IMG/VR virus record: IMGVR_UViG_3300008110_000023
Location: 1 to 64,000 of that record
Origin: a virus
Length of the DNA: 64,000 bases
Direction: 5' to 3' (one strand)
Shown: positions 9,945 through 21,700 of the stretch, piece by piece
Layout: each line of letters begins with the position of its first letter
How positions within the stretch are numbered: the stretch's first letter is position 1
Position numbers and translations under genes: made by a program
Notes under the pieces: model-generated
Seen by the model: the letters and a program-made list of their open reading frames with translations, nothing else
What the model was told of the DNA's origin: nothing
Databases searched by the model: none

Positions 9945-12900
9945 TGGCTGAAGAGTTAATTCATGGTTTTACTGGTGGTTTAAACAAAGATTTAGCTACT
10001 AGTTTAGTACAAGCAGATAGTTATATAGATGCCAATAACATAAGGATTGTTACCCAAGAGGGACAATCCTCTGGCATTTTAATGAACATACTAGGAAATG
10101 CATTTAGTTTTAGTATTCCCAATGTAAAAGGAGGTTTTAGAACTACTTCTCCAGATGGTGAAGGTTATGGCAGATATGATCTTACTATTGGTACTACAGT
10201 AGTTTCTTTTGTTGTTGAGTATAATAATCCAATTAGACCTCAAATACAAAGTATATTAGAACCTTATATTACTTCTGGCCAAATATTTGTTTATGTAAAT
10301 GGATCTGAATTAATAATATTAGAAGGTACTAGTACAATAAATTTAACTTTATTTTCTGGAGTAGATATTGTTATATTTCCAGTAAGTCCTATTACTGATT
10401 TACAGATAATAGGATGGACAACTATAAGAGATACTATTGTTTTATTTACTTGCCCTGAAACAGCTAATGGTACTGGACAAATATGGACAGTAAATTACAA
10501 CAGTGTTACACAAACTACCACAGGCCCTGTATTAAAATATACACAAGCACTTAATTTTGATAGTAAACATCCTATACAAGCTATAGGCAGATATGAAACT
10601 ACAGATATACAAAGAGTATACTGGACTGATAATTATAATGCTCCTAGAAGTTTTAATATAACTGCTTTATATGCAGAAGATACTGATATAGACTTAATTA
10701 ATTTAAGTAGTTCTACTACTTTAAATATTCCTATTTTAGCTCAAATAACTACAGGAGGTAGTTTATTAGCAGGAAGTTACCAATATACTTATAGACTTAA
10801 AAAGACTAATGGTGCTTATTCTACTATAGCTCCTTTAAGTAACTTAGTTAATATAGTATCATCTGATGAGAATACTACTGCTTTTCAAAACTATGAAGGA
10901 AGTAGTATTAATACAGTTACTAGTAAATCAGTTACTTATAACATAAATAACTTAGATAACTCTTATAGTACTATTGAACATATCTTTTTATTTAAAGATA
11001 CTTTTAATACAATACCTAAAATATATATATTTAAAGAAGAAACTGCAGTAACAGGAAACATTGAAGTAGTGCATAGTAAAAATACAGATACTACTTTTAT
11101 TCCTCTTACTTTAGAAGAGTTACTAATATCATCACAAAATGAATTTTTAAAAGCAAAGACTATTGCTACTAAGGATAATATGTTATTCTTTGGTAATACT
11201 AAGTCTCAATCTTTTAAAGTAGATTATGACTCAAGAGCTTACAGGTTTGATAATACTAGAATAGCTAAGATAAAAGATAACTCTAGACAATTTACTCCTT
11301 ATGGAGATATTTATATTGATGGTACTGCTCCTGATTATACAGTAGTGCCAAAAGATCATGATGCTATAAATGTATTTAATGATTCTGATGCTATCTCAAC
11401 TGCATCTAAATATTATAAATATCAAGCAGATGGTGTAACTGTGGGAGGCCAAGGTGCTAATATTAAATACAGTTTTACATATATTGATGGTATAGTAGAT
11501 AATGATACTAATACTTTAAAAAGTGCGTCTCCTTTTTATACCAGTGATAGAACTGGAGATGTTAGTTATTATTTAGATGTACCTGGACAAACTTATCCAC
11601 AAAATAATTTCTTTAACAACATTAAATCTCCTTATTATTCTAGTATTTATACAGGATATGCAAGAGGAGAAATATATAGATTTGGTATTGTATTCTATGA
11701 TAAATCAGGAAGACAATCTTATGCTAATTGGATAGGAGATATTAGATTTCCAGAACATGGTGAAATTCCTATGGGAGGAGTACAAAGTCCTTTTGCTAAA
11801 TCATATGCATTACAATTAGGTATACAATTTGTTGTTACTATTCCAACAAGTCTTAGAAATACATGTTCTGGTTATAGTATTGTAAGAGTAGAAAGAAAAG
11901 AAGAAGATAAAACAAAATTAGGTACTGGTGTATTAGGAACAGTAGTAGAATCTAGAATAACTGATAATACTAATACATATTGGAATGCTACTAGGTATAC
12001 AGATTCTAATGATGAAACTTATCCTTTAGATAGAGTACACACTTTAGATGGCCCTGCATTTCATTTTAATACTTTTACTTATAAACCAAATGATTATTTA
12101 TATGTAATTGGACAAGGAGATACTACTAATATTGCTCTTTGGAAAGATTATGGTCAGTACCAATCTTATACAAAAGCATATAAAACTACAGCAAGTACTA
12201 TTTTAGCAGGTCCTTATAATATTAATAAATATGCACAAATACAACCTGCTGGTACTATAAGTGCTGATCCTAGTAATGGATTAAATAAAAAATATATTAA
12301 CATGGGAGACAGAGGAATAACAGATCCTTTGTTTAGTGGTCCTTACCATAATGATAATTATTCAGCAGCAGGTGGACTAACTTCTTTAGTAACTTTAGGA
12401 GGTTCTATTAGTACAAGTGACTCTTATGGTGGTAATGATTATAATCAAATGACTTTTGTTTCTTATAATAGAAATTTAAGTAATCAATATGGAGGTAATA
12501 CTTATAGTTCTAGAAGTGCTAATACTTATATAAACTGTAGTCATTTCTTTCCAATAAGTTCATCAAGTTCTTTAGGATATGATGTATTTACTGTTTTTGG
12601 TGGAGATACTTATGTAAACTACTATGATCATACTAAGTATGATAAAAACTATCCAGATCAAACAGGGTATGCATTAAATGATAGTGATGAAGTACCTAGA
12701 GAAAGAAGTAGATTTGCTAGAGTATATTTAGCAGAATCTCCTGTAAATACTGATTTAAGACAAGGAAATCATTTTAATAAAAATCAAGATAATACTCCTA
12801 CTTGGTTATACGGAGACTTTAAATATAATCAAGTATACTCTCAACAAAATAATACTAGAGTATATATACCAGAACCATTTATAGATACTACACAAGAAGA

Positions 12901-14002
12901 ATTTGATAGTAGAATATGGTATAGTAAAACTAAGATTAATGGAGAACAAACAGATAACTGGACTTTTATAGACGGTTATAAAGATATAGAGTCTGTATAT
13001 GGTCCTATTAATAGATTAGAAGTACTTAATGATAACTTATTTGCATTTCAAGATAGAGCATTAGCTAATATTTTAGTTAATCCATTAAGTGTTATACAAG
13101 ATAATAATGCATCTAACTTAGTATTAGGTAAAGCAACTGGTGTAATACAAAAACATATATACTTATCTACAGAGATAGGTTGTAAACATCAATGGTCTGT
13201 AGTTAAATCTGATCAAGGTATATACTGGTTTGATATACTAGGTAAAAGACTATGTAAATTAGAAGGCCCTCAAACATTAGAATTATCTGATGCAAAAGGA
13301 TTGTTTAGTTATTTCCAAGAGAATTTAAAAGGAGCTATTAACAATGTAACACATAATGACAATTATTTAGTAGGTGATAGTCCTACTTACCAGTATGGTA
13401 TTACTGCAGGTTATGATTATAGAAATAAAGAAGTAGTATTTACTTTTTTAGATAGTAATAAACAATTTACACTTGCTTTTAGTGAAGTATTAGGTAAGTT
13501 TACTAGTTTTTATAGTTTTAAACCAAACTTATATATTTATACTAAAGACAAGTTTATTAGTCCAGACCCTGACAATTTAAATCAATTATACTTACATAAT
13601 ATAGATAATACTTATGGTACATTCTATACTAATAACTATGATAGTGATTTTAGCGTAATAACTAATAAGTTTCCAGCTAATACTAAAGTATATGATAACT
13701 TAGAGTTGTTTAGTGAAGTTACTATTAATAATGTAGATCAAGGTTCTTCATTTAATAAAGTACAATGTAATACTAAATATCAAGACAGTGGTTTACTTAA
13801 TTTAACTCCTGGAGTATCTATTAAACGTAGAGAAAGAAGCTGGAGATTGTTTGTACCAAGAGATACAGGTACTACAGGATCTTCTTTCCAAGCTAGGTTA
13901 AGAGATAAGTATTTAACAACTAAATTAGTATTTACTAACACAGGAGATAAGAAGTTATTATTACACTGGTTAAAAGTATTGTTCAGAGCGTCAATATCTT
14001 AG
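9944..14002 (+). CDS. crAss-like tail stabilisation/muzzle protein (P22 gp10-like)
   Basis: 1352 aa; FTGGLNKD, DANNIRI, RVYWTDNYN.PR, GYARGEIYRFGIVFYD..G..S...WIGDIRFP and RLRDKY motifs. Confidence 0.8.
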   Translation: MAEELIHGFTGGLNKDLATSLVQADSYIDANNIRIVTQEGQSSGILMNILGNAFSFSIPNVKGGFRTTSPDGEGYGRYDLTIGTTVVSFVVEYNNPIRPQIQSILEPYITSGQIFVYVNGSELIILEGTSTINLTLFSGVDIVIFPVSPITDLQIIGWTTIRDTIVLFTCPETANGTGQIWTVNYNSVTQTTTGPVLKYTQALNFDSKHPIQAIGRYETTDIQRVYWTDNYNAPRSFNITALYAEDTDIDLINLSSSTTLNIPILAQITTGGSLLAGSYQYTYRLKKTNGAYSTIAPLSNLVNIVSSDENTTAFQNYEGSSINTVTSKSVTYNINNLDNSYSTIEHIFLFKDTFNTIPKIYIFKEETAVTGNIEVVHSKNTDTTFIPLTLEELLISSQNEFLKAKTIATKDNMLFFGNTKSQSFKVDYDSRAYRFDNTRIAKIKDNSRQFTPYGDIYIDGTAPDYTVVPKDHDAINVFNDSDAISTASKYYKYQADGVTVGGQGANIKYSFTYIDGIVDNDTNTLKSASPFYTSDRTGDVSYYLDVPGQTYPQNNFFNNIKSPYYSSIYTGYARGEIYRFGIVFYDKSGRQSYANWIGDIRFPEHGEIPMGGVQSPFAKSYALQLGIQFVVTIPTSLRNTCSGYSIVRVERKEEDKTKLGTGVLGTVVESRITDNTNTYWNATRYTDSNDETYPLDRVHTLDGPAFHFNTFTYKPNDYLYVIGQGDTTNIALWKDYGQYQSYTKAYKTTASTILAGPYNINKYAQIQPAGTISADPSNGLNKKYINMGDRGITDPLFSGPYHNDNYSAAGGLTSLVTLGGSISTSDSYGGNDYNQMTFVSYNRNLSNQYGGNTYSSRSANTYINCSHFFPISSSSSLGYDVFTVFGGDTYVNYYDHTKYDKNYPDQTGYALNDSDEVPRERSRFARVYLAESPVNTDLRQGNHFNKNQDNTPTWLYGDFKYNQVYSQQNNTRVYIPEPFIDTTQEEFDSRIWYSKTKINGEQTDNWTFIDGYKDIESVYGPINRLEVLNDNLFAFQDRALANILVNPLSVIQDNNASNLVLGKATGVIQKHIYLSTEIGCKHQWSVVKSDQGIYWFDILGKRLCKLEGPQTLELSDAKGLFSYFQENLKGAINNVTHNDNYLVGDSPTYQYGITAGYDYRNKEVVFTFLDSNKQFTLAFSEVLGKFTSFYSFKPNLYIYTKDKFISPDPDNLNQLYLHNIDNTYGTFYTNNYDSDFSVITNKFPANTKVYDNLELFSEVTINNVDQGSSFNKVQCNTKYQDSGLLNLTPGVSIKRRERSWRLFVPRDTGTTGSSFQARLRDKYLTTKLVFTNTGDKKLLLHWLKVLFRASIS

Positions 14003-14005
14003 CTA

Positions 14006-14036
14006 TTGTTTTAGTACTCATAATTCATTATATTTG
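14006..14036 (+). promoter_or_regulatory. Bacteroidota sigma-A-type promoter (TTG-N20-TATATTTG) for the cargo/RNAP operon
   Basis: TTG at 14006-14008 and TATATTTG at 14029-14036; ATG at 14043; the CTATTGTTT context is shared with the 5745 promoter. Confidence 0.75.
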
Positions 14037-14042
14037 TAGATT

Positions 14043-16940
14043 ATGGCAAAGAAATACCAAAAAGATATAAAAGTAGTATTACCTAAATCAGATCCATTTA
14101 GAGACATTGCTGTCTATGGAGCTGGTGAAGAAATGATTAAAGCACTAGGAGGACAATTAGCTGATAAAGGTAAACAACCTGATATAGTACCTACTAAAAA
14201 TAACCCACATTTTATGAAAAAATCAAATAAAAAAGGACAAAGTCCTAGAAGTATATTATCCCCAGAACAAAAAATGGCTATGGAATTTGGGTGGGGAGGA
14301 GCACTTGGTAGTGTATTAGGTGCTGCAGCTGGTTCTTTTATCCCAGTTGTTGGTACTGGTTTAGGTGCTAGTATTGGAGGTGCTTTAGGTAGTGCTGTAG
14401 AAGGTACTATAGAAAACAAAAAAGCAAATCAAAATATAAATCCACAATATCCACAACAACAAATGGCACCTTTACCACAAATGCAATTTGCTAAAGGAGG
14501 TATGTTAAATAAAAGAGGTATTCCACATAGAGGTACTTCAGAACAAATGCCTTATCAAACACAAATGCAATCTTATCCAGATTTAGAATTTGGTAATGGA
14601 GAACAAATGCTTGCTGCTGGAGGAATGATTAAAAGAGCTGATGGTAGTTATTCTCAAAGAGGTCTTTGGGATAATATCCGTGATAACAAAGGTTCTGGTA
14701 AAAAACCAACTAAAGAAATGCTTGAACAAGAAGCTAAAATAAAAGCTGAATATGCTAATGGAGGTAAACTACCTAAAGAAATATTAAAAGCTAGAGTAGA
14801 AGCACATATGTCCCCAGAAAAAGCAGATTCTTATATAGAACAATATGCTAAAGGTGGAATACATATTAAACCTTCTAAGAGAGGTACTTTTACTGCAGCT
14901 GCTACTAAACATGGTAAATCAGTACAAGCATTTGCTAGTCAAGTATTAGCTAATAAAGAAAACTATTCTCCTGCAATGGTTAAGAAAGCTAACTTTGCAC
15001 GTAATGCTGCTAAGTGGAAACATGTTGATGGTGGTTTCTTACAAGAACCTGCAGAAGGAGTTATAGAAAGAAGAAATAAAAATAGAAGTAGAGAACCTCA
15101 AGAGTATGCTACTTTTGAAGAAAACTTTAAACATATGTATGCACAAGGTGGACGTATGGGAGCAATGGGACCTATGGATGTAGGTAATATATACTATGCA
15201 GATGGTGGTAGATTAATACCAGATGTAAGAGTACTAGGTAAATATAAAAATCAAACATCTGAAAAAGATGGTAAAACAAAAGAATTTACTGAAGATTTTG
15301 GAAGACAAATGGGATCACAAGATAATACTTATAACTACCAAAGAGAAGGTACTGATAAACCTTATTTAGGTTATTTTTCTTATAATGACGTTGATGGAAA
15401 AGGAGAGCAACTTCAAACTGGACGTGAGACTTATATTCATAAAGTAGATCCATTTGTATCTAGATACTTAAGAACTAAAATAGACTCACAAACTAATAAT
15501 TTAAATAACCCAATGAATTATGCTAATGGTGGTATTAATGTTTTAGGTAAAACTAAAAGTAATATAATTAATGACAATCAAAGTTTTGAAAGTTATGGAA
15601 AAACTATTGGTAATAATAATGATACATACAGCTACAAAAGATTAAGTGATAATAAACCTGAATTAGATTACTTTTCAGGAAAATCAGGAGAAGAATTTCA
15701 AATAGATGGTGTTATCCATGATAAAGTAGATCCTTTTATGTCTAGATACTTAAAAACAAAAATTAATGCAGAGACTAATAATGTATATGCAAATGGTGGT
15801 ATGCTAAATGAGTACAATGGAGAAAAACATGAAAATGGTGGTATTCCAATGGGGCCAAATGCAGAAGTAGAAGGTGGAGAAACTAGTATGAAAATGGGTA
15901 TGGGTGGAGAACAAGATTCTACTTATATTTATTCAGATAGATTAAAAGTTCCAGGAAAAAACCATACATTTGCAGAAGCTTCTAAAAGAATAGATAACAA
16001 ATACAATAGAAGAACTAATGATAAGTTATCTAATGAATCTAAAAGAAGAGAACTTAACAAGTTAATGGAAAGTCAAGAACAAGAAAGAGCAGGATTAGTT
16101 AATAGTGCTTATGAAACTATTGCAGCTTATGGAGGTCCTATACATAGATATACTGATGGTGGAATAAGAAAACCAGGAGATAATTGGAATAACCCACCAA
16201 TAGATAATTCAGGAATAGAAACTGGAAGACTTGCAGAGGAAATGTGGGCAGCAGGAAGAAACCCAAGAGCAATGCGTTCTTTGCCATTAGAAGATAATAG
16301 TTATAAAAGTCCTGATAAATTAGCAAATATACCAGCATATGATTTTAATGAACAACCTAAAGGTTTTAATTTAGGTACAGGAGAACAATGGGCTACAGGA
16401 TTAGGTTATGGCTTACAAGGCGCTAGTTTATTAGCTAGACAATTACAGTTAAGTAAAGCTAAACTACCTAATATTACTCCTTATACTATGCAAAGACAAG
16501 TATTAAATGCAGAACCTCAATTAAGAGAAGCAGATATACAAGGTGGTATTACTAGAAGAAATATAAGAGACTTAGGTGCTAGTACTTCTTCTGGAGGAGC
16601 AATGCAAGGTTACTTAGCTTCACAAGCTGCTACTACTAGAAGTAAAGCAGATATTATGTCTGATTTACAAAATAGACAAGCTATGGCAGACATGAATATA
16701 GATCAATTTAATGCTGCTGCAAGAGAAAGAGCTGCAGGTTATGAAGCACAAAGAAGAGCTGCACAACAAACTGAACAAGCACAATTATTTGCTGATTTAG
16801 GTAATTTAGGGGCTGGTATTACTAGGGATTATTTAACTGGTCAAACACAAGAAGGAATATTAGGCACTATGGAAACTTCTGATTACGGTTATAAAAAAGT
16901 AAAAGGAAGAAATAGAGCTACAAAATATTATAAATCATAA
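14043..16940 (+). CDS. Internal virion/ejection cargo protein 1 with repeated (F/Y)AxGG motifs
   Basis: Gly-zipper (GALGSVLGAAAG...GASIGGALG), about 14 xAxGG-type motifs, HENGG...EVEGGE module, Q/A-rich helical C-terminus; first gene after the muzzle. Confidence 0.7.
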   Translation: MAKKYQKDIKVVLPKSDPFRDIAVYGAGEEMIKALGGQLADKGKQPDIVPTKNNPHFMKKSNKKGQSPRSILSPEQKMAMEFGWGGALGSVLGAAAGSFIPVVGTGLGASIGGALGSAVEGTIENKKANQNINPQYPQQQMAPLPQMQFAKGGMLNKRGIPHRGTSEQMPYQTQMQSYPDLEFGNGEQMLAAGGMIKRADGSYSQRGLWDNIRDNKGSGKKPTKEMLEQEAKIKAEYANGGKLPKEILKARVEAHMSPEKADSYIEQYAKGGIHIKPSKRGTFTAAATKHGKSVQAFASQVLANKENYSPAMVKKANFARNAAKWKHVDGGFLQEPAEGVIERRNKNRSREPQEYATFEENFKHMYAQGGRMGAMGPMDVGNIYYADGGRLIPDVRVLGKYKNQTSEKDGKTKEFTEDFGRQMGSQDNTYNYQREGTDKPYLGYFSYNDVDGKGEQLQTGRETYIHKVDPFVSRYLRTKIDSQTNNLNNPMNYANGGINVLGKTKSNIINDNQSFESYGKTIGNNNDTYSYKRLSDNKPELDYFSGKSGEEFQIDGVIHDKVDPFMSRYLKTKINAETNNVYANGGMLNEYNGEKHENGGIPMGPNAEVEGGETSMKMGMGGEQDSTYIYSDRLKVPGKNHTFAEASKRIDNKYNRRTNDKLSNESKRRELNKLMESQEQERAGLVNSAYETIAAYGGPIHRYTDGGIRKPGDNWNNPPIDNSGIETGRLAEEMWAAGRNPRAMRSLPLEDNSYKSPDKLANIPAYDFNEQPKGFNLGTGEQWATGLGYGLQGASLLARQLQLSKAKLPNITPYTMQRQVLNAEPQLREADIQGGITRRNIRDLGASTSSGGAMQGYLASQAATTRSKADIMSDLQNRQAMADMNIDQFNAAARERAAGYEAQRRAAQQTEQAQLFADLGNLGAGITRDYLTGQTQEGILGTMETSDYGYKKVKGRNRATKYYKS
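15195..15800 (+). repeat. Tandem duplication of a ~90-105-aa module inside cargo protein 1
   Basis: VLGK...YxYxR...KP.L.YFS...KVDPF(V/M)SRYL(R/K)TKI...TNN occurs twice, each bounded by YAxGG (15195, 15519, 15786). DNA similarity is visible (AAAGTAGATCC...TCTAGATACTTAA). Confidence 0.85.
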
Positions 16941-16958
16941 TATATAGAATAAGAAGTT

Positions 16959-18785
16959 ATGGCAGTAGAAAGAGGTTTTCAAGGACCAAAGTTTGAATTT
17001 CAAAGTCAATTTGTACCCCTACCACTTGACTTTATGCAAAAGCAATTAGAAAGTGCACAGAAAAGACAAGATGAGGGAAGAGCTTTACAAATAGACCTAT
17101 TAGGCAAAAAGATACCAGTAAATGAATTAGATGTTCAGGGTATTGAGTATGCTAAACAATTAAAATCAGGAGTAGATAATACTTTAAATGAATTATCTAA
17201 TGTTGATTTTAATGTTCCAGGTAATGTACAAAAACTATTAAAAGCTAGGCAAGATGTTGCTGCTATACATGGACAATTTGGACCTGCAGAACATTTAGCA
17301 CAAAGAGATGCTACAATAAACGCAGGTTTAAAATCATTAGAAGATAAAGATTTAGCATTACCTTCTTATGTTAAAGAACGTAAAAGAAATTTAATTAAAG
17401 AAGCAGCTGGTACTACTCCAGTAGGACAAAATATAGGAACTCCTGGAGTTACTAGACATTTAGATGCTAATAAAACAGTAGATGATTATGTTAAAGCAAC
17501 TGCTGCAGAAATGTATAATTCTCAAACTGGTTTAAAAGTAGATCCTAATGATCCAGAACTTTGGCAAACAGTTACTACTAAAACAAAAGGAATTACTGCA
17601 GATAAAATACTAAAAGCAGCTTGGAATAAATTACAAGCAGATCATGAATTTCAAGCTTCTATATTACAAGAGTCTGATGCTTTATCAAGAGGAGATAAAG
17701 AATCTTTTGATAAATATGCTGGTAATCCTTTAATATTTGATGATGCAGGTAATATAAAAGGAGTAACTAGTTCTATATTAGGAAATGCATTTTCAGGTGT
17801 ACTTAATAGAGCTTATAAAGATATAGATATTTCTAAAGATTGGAAAGTTAGTGATGCTACAAGAAGAGCTGCTAAAAGAGATGAAGAAGATAGAAATGCT
17901 GGTTTAATTCCATTAGAGGCTACTCCAACAGAAATACTTAGACAAAAAAATGCTTCTTTGGCAAAGAAAATGGAAAAACAAACTATTACTACTGGTACTA
18001 CTGCTTTTGCAAGTCCAACTGGATTAACTAGTAGAGTAGGTGAAACTAAATATGATTACCCTGAATTAACTCCTGAAGAACAAATAACTTATAATTCTAT
18101 TGCTAAGAATTTTCCAGGAATAACTAATAAAGATGAGCTAAACAAAAAAGTTAAAACAGTTATTGAAGGAATTTCAAATGTACCTGTAAGTTCTTATACA
18201 ACTGGTTATAATGAAAAACAAAAAGATGCTGCTACTAATTATTTATTTGGAGGCAATACAGTAGGAGCAGATGGTACTGGACTTACTGGTAATTATCTTA
18301 ATAGATATATTTATGATCCAGAAACAGGAAAACCTATACAAGGTAAAGATTTCCAAGCAATATTAGCAGAACAGCCTAAAGGAACTAAAGTACAAGTTGT
18401 GGGTAACTTTAATAGTAAAAATCCGTATACATTATTAGCTGACAATGATGCTTTTGCAACAGGGGAACAAGTAACTGTAGGAAATAAAATTTATGTTATT
18501 TCTGGACCAGCTCAAATGATAGACCCAAAAACAGGATTTGATGTAAGTATTACAAATAAAAGTGTTAATAAAATAAATAAAAGTTATTATGGTCCAAATG
18601 TAACACATCAAATAACTTTACCTGGAATGCAATCTGGAGACTATGCTGATATTACTTATAGTAATGGTGCCTATAGTTTAAAAGTTCCTGAATATGGAAT
18701 TACAGAAATAAAAGAATCTACTCCAGAAAAAGTTTATGACAGTTATATTACTGCAATAAAAAAATTAAATCAGACTAAACCTTAA
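16959..18785 (+). CDS. Ejection cargo protein 2
   Basis: 608 aa with N-terminal SQFVPLPLDFMQ motif and helical composition; lies between cargo 1 and the RNAP. Confidence 0.6.
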   Translation: MAVERGFQGPKFEFQSQFVPLPLDFMQKQLESAQKRQDEGRALQIDLLGKKIPVNELDVQGIEYAKQLKSGVDNTLNELSNVDFNVPGNVQKLLKARQDVAAIHGQFGPAEHLAQRDATINAGLKSLEDKDLALPSYVKERKRNLIKEAAGTTPVGQNIGTPGVTRHLDANKTVDDYVKATAAEMYNSQTGLKVDPNDPELWQTVTTKTKGITADKILKAAWNKLQADHEFQASILQESDALSRGDKESFDKYAGNPLIFDDAGNIKGVTSSILGNAFSGVLNRAYKDIDISKDWKVSDATRRAAKRDEEDRNAGLIPLEATPTEILRQKNASLAKKMEKQTITTGTTAFASPTGLTSRVGETKYDYPELTPEEQITYNSIAKNFPGITNKDELNKKVKTVIEGISNVPVSSYTTGYNEKQKDAATNYLFGGNTVGADGTGLTGNYLNRYIYDPETGKPIQGKDFQAILAEQPKGTKVQVVGNFNSKNPYTLLADNDAFATGEQVTVGNKIYVISGPAQMIDPKTGFDVSITNKSVNKINKSYYGPNVTHQITLPGMQSGDYADITYSNGAYSLKVPEYGITEIKESTPEKVYDSYITAIKKLNQTKP

Positions 18786-18791
18786 AATATT

Positions 18792-21700
18792 ATGCCAGAA
18801 AAAAAGTTTAATTTAGAAGATAGTTCTTTACAATCTGCTTTTGCTATTCAACAAACTCAAGGTACTCCAATAGAGGCAGAACAAACACAAATATTACCTG
18901 GAGAAGGAGTTGATTTAGAACAAGGTTATTTACCAATACAAACAGATTTTTTAGGAGAACAATATAGAAATATTAATATCTATAAAGGAAAACAACAATC
19001 TTGGGCATCACAAGCAGCTAATGCAGTAGGAAGAGTGGCATTAAATACTATTCCTACTGTAATAGGAAATACTGCTAGTATTTTAGATTTTGAAGATTAT
19101 TTAAATCAAGATAAAGAAGTTGGTAACTCTATTACCAATGCAATGGAAGAATTAAAAGCTTCTGTTAATAAAACATTGCCTATATATAGAACTTCTGATG
19201 AACATTTAGATTTAGGAGACAGTGGTTGGTGGTTTGAAAATGGATCTAGTTTAGCAGAATCTATAGGAGCTTTTGCAATAACAGGTGCAGGTTTAGGAAG
19301 TACTATGTCTTGGTTAACTAGTCTTGCTAAAGTAGGTAAAGCTGGACAAGCCGCTGCAACTGGTTTAACTGCTTTAGGATTAAACCAAGCAGAAGCTATT
19401 ACTACTGCAGGTCAAGTATACAAAGATACTTATGATTTTCATTTAGCTAAAGGATTAAATGAGGATGAAGCACAACAAAAAGCTGCAGATGCTGCTTCTT
19501 ATTCTATTAACTTAAATAGAGCAAATATAGCACTTAACTTAACTAGTGCTAATATGTTTGTAAGAGCTCCTAAATTAACTAGACAAATAATTAAAAATAC
19601 TTCTAAAGCTAATACTTTAAGACAAGGTGGTTTAGAAGCATTACAAGAAATTGGTGAAGAAGAAATAAACTTAGTTGCTGAGAAAGCAGGTAAAGCAAAA
19701 GGTGAAGGAAGAGACTATAGTATATCTCAAGCAATTGATAATGTATTAAGTGCAGAAGGTGTAGAAACTGGTTTACTTGGAGCACTTGGTGGTTTTGGAC
19801 AAACAGTTGGTACTGCTGCTATTAATCAATTAACTGGCAAAACAAAAGAACAACAAGAAAGATTTAAAACACAACAAGATGCTATTAAAGAAATAGAAAC
19901 TATTAGCAAAGCTAATAAAGTAAATGATGCTGCTAGTACCTTTAAAACAGCAAATGAATTAGGAAAATTATACAAACAAATACAAATAATAGATAATATT
20001 GAAAATCCTTCTAAAGAACTATTAGCAGAAAGAAAAAAACTAACAGATTCTATATTAGAAGTACAATCTTATAATGCTTTTAACAATGGTGTTACTGATA
20101 ATTTAGTAGATGAATATACTAAAATAAAAAGTATGCCAAAAGAAGAAGCTATTAAAAAAGGATTATATGATGGTAAAATGGATTTAAGTAATCCAGACCA
20201 TTATATTAATAAAGCTAATAAAGCTATTGAAAAAATAAATGAATTAGAAAATATTTATATAAAATCACAAAAGTATATAAATTCACAACAAGTTTATTTT
20301 AACAGAGCTGATGATATTGCTTTAAAAGAAAATAGAACCCAAAGACTTGCTATTTTAAATAATAATAAATTAAAAGCAGAGGCTGATATTTTAGGTAAAA
20401 TACAATCAGGACAAATAAGTCTTAGTAAAGGAGACAACACTGTATTTTATAATTTAGATAATTTAGATGAAAATCCTTTTACTACTCCAGCAGAAAAACA
20501 ATTGTATGAAGAAGTAAAAGAAAAAATAAGACAAATACCTTCTGTACAAGAATTTGAAGAAAGTAAAAAAGACTATGATTTTATAGAAGCAGAAATTAAC
20601 AAGAATGATAATGCCTATACAAAAGCAACTTCTGAAGAAACACAAAAGAAAGCAAAACAAGCATCAGAAGAGACTTTAAATGCTGTTAAAAAAGCACAAG
20701 AAGAAGCTGTTAAAAAAGAAGCAAAAGCAAAAGCTGATGCAGAAAGAGCAACAGAACAAGAAAGAATTAAACAAGAACAACTTAAAAAACAACAAACTGC
20801 TGCAGATGCCAAAGTAGCTGCAGAAGAAAAAGCAAAACAAGAAGCAGAAGCCAAGAAAAATGCAGAAGAAACTACTAAGGTAGAAACTCCTCCTACTTCT
20901 GTACAAAAACCTGTTGTAACTCCAACAACTACAGAACCTACATTAAGTGCAACACATCCTTTTGTTGTAGAAGGTTATTTAGATGCTATTATAGAAGACA
21001 GTAAAGGAAAAGATAAAAAATACTTTATTCAATCATTATCAGCGCTTAATTCAGCAGCTGAAGAAAACTTAGAAGGAGATGAGTTAATTGAATGGAATAA
21101 CTATTATAATAGTATTACATCAGGAACTACTACTGAAGAAACAACTACTCCAAGTTCAGAAGATACTGCAACAAAAACTTTAAAAGATAACTTTAAAGCT
21201 GCTTTTGAAGAGTTTGATATTAATGTACAACAACAAACTCCTAAAGTTGAAAGAACTGATGATGAAAAATTAAGTGATAGAATACAAGCAGTTCTTGATT
21301 TACTTAAAGCTACTAAATTAAATACAGCTACAGTTACTTTAGGACAAATAGTAGAAGAAGTAAACAAATTATTTGATAATGATATTGAGTATACTAAAAA
21401 GATATTCAATGACTTAAAGGATATTGTAACTTTACTACAAAAAATGAGAAATAATCCTGAGTATACTTTAACTCCTAATTATACTTTATCTGATGCTGGT
21501 ATTGTTGAAACAGGTATTACAATAGAACCTACTATACTCTCTGAAAAAACAAGTAGAGAAGCTAACGTAGAATTAATGTCTAGAGTAAGAGAAAATGATC
21601 CTACTCTTAACTTTATTATAGACGGTAAAAAAATTGAAAGTATAGCATCTGTAGCCTCTAAAGCAATATCAGATGAAGGTACTGAAGTAGATGAAACCTT

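Noticed and set aside
20600-20900. E/K/A/Q-rich pseudo-repeat in the RNAP
   Set aside because: Low-complexity coiled-coil linker, not a discrete DNA repeat or TolA homologue.
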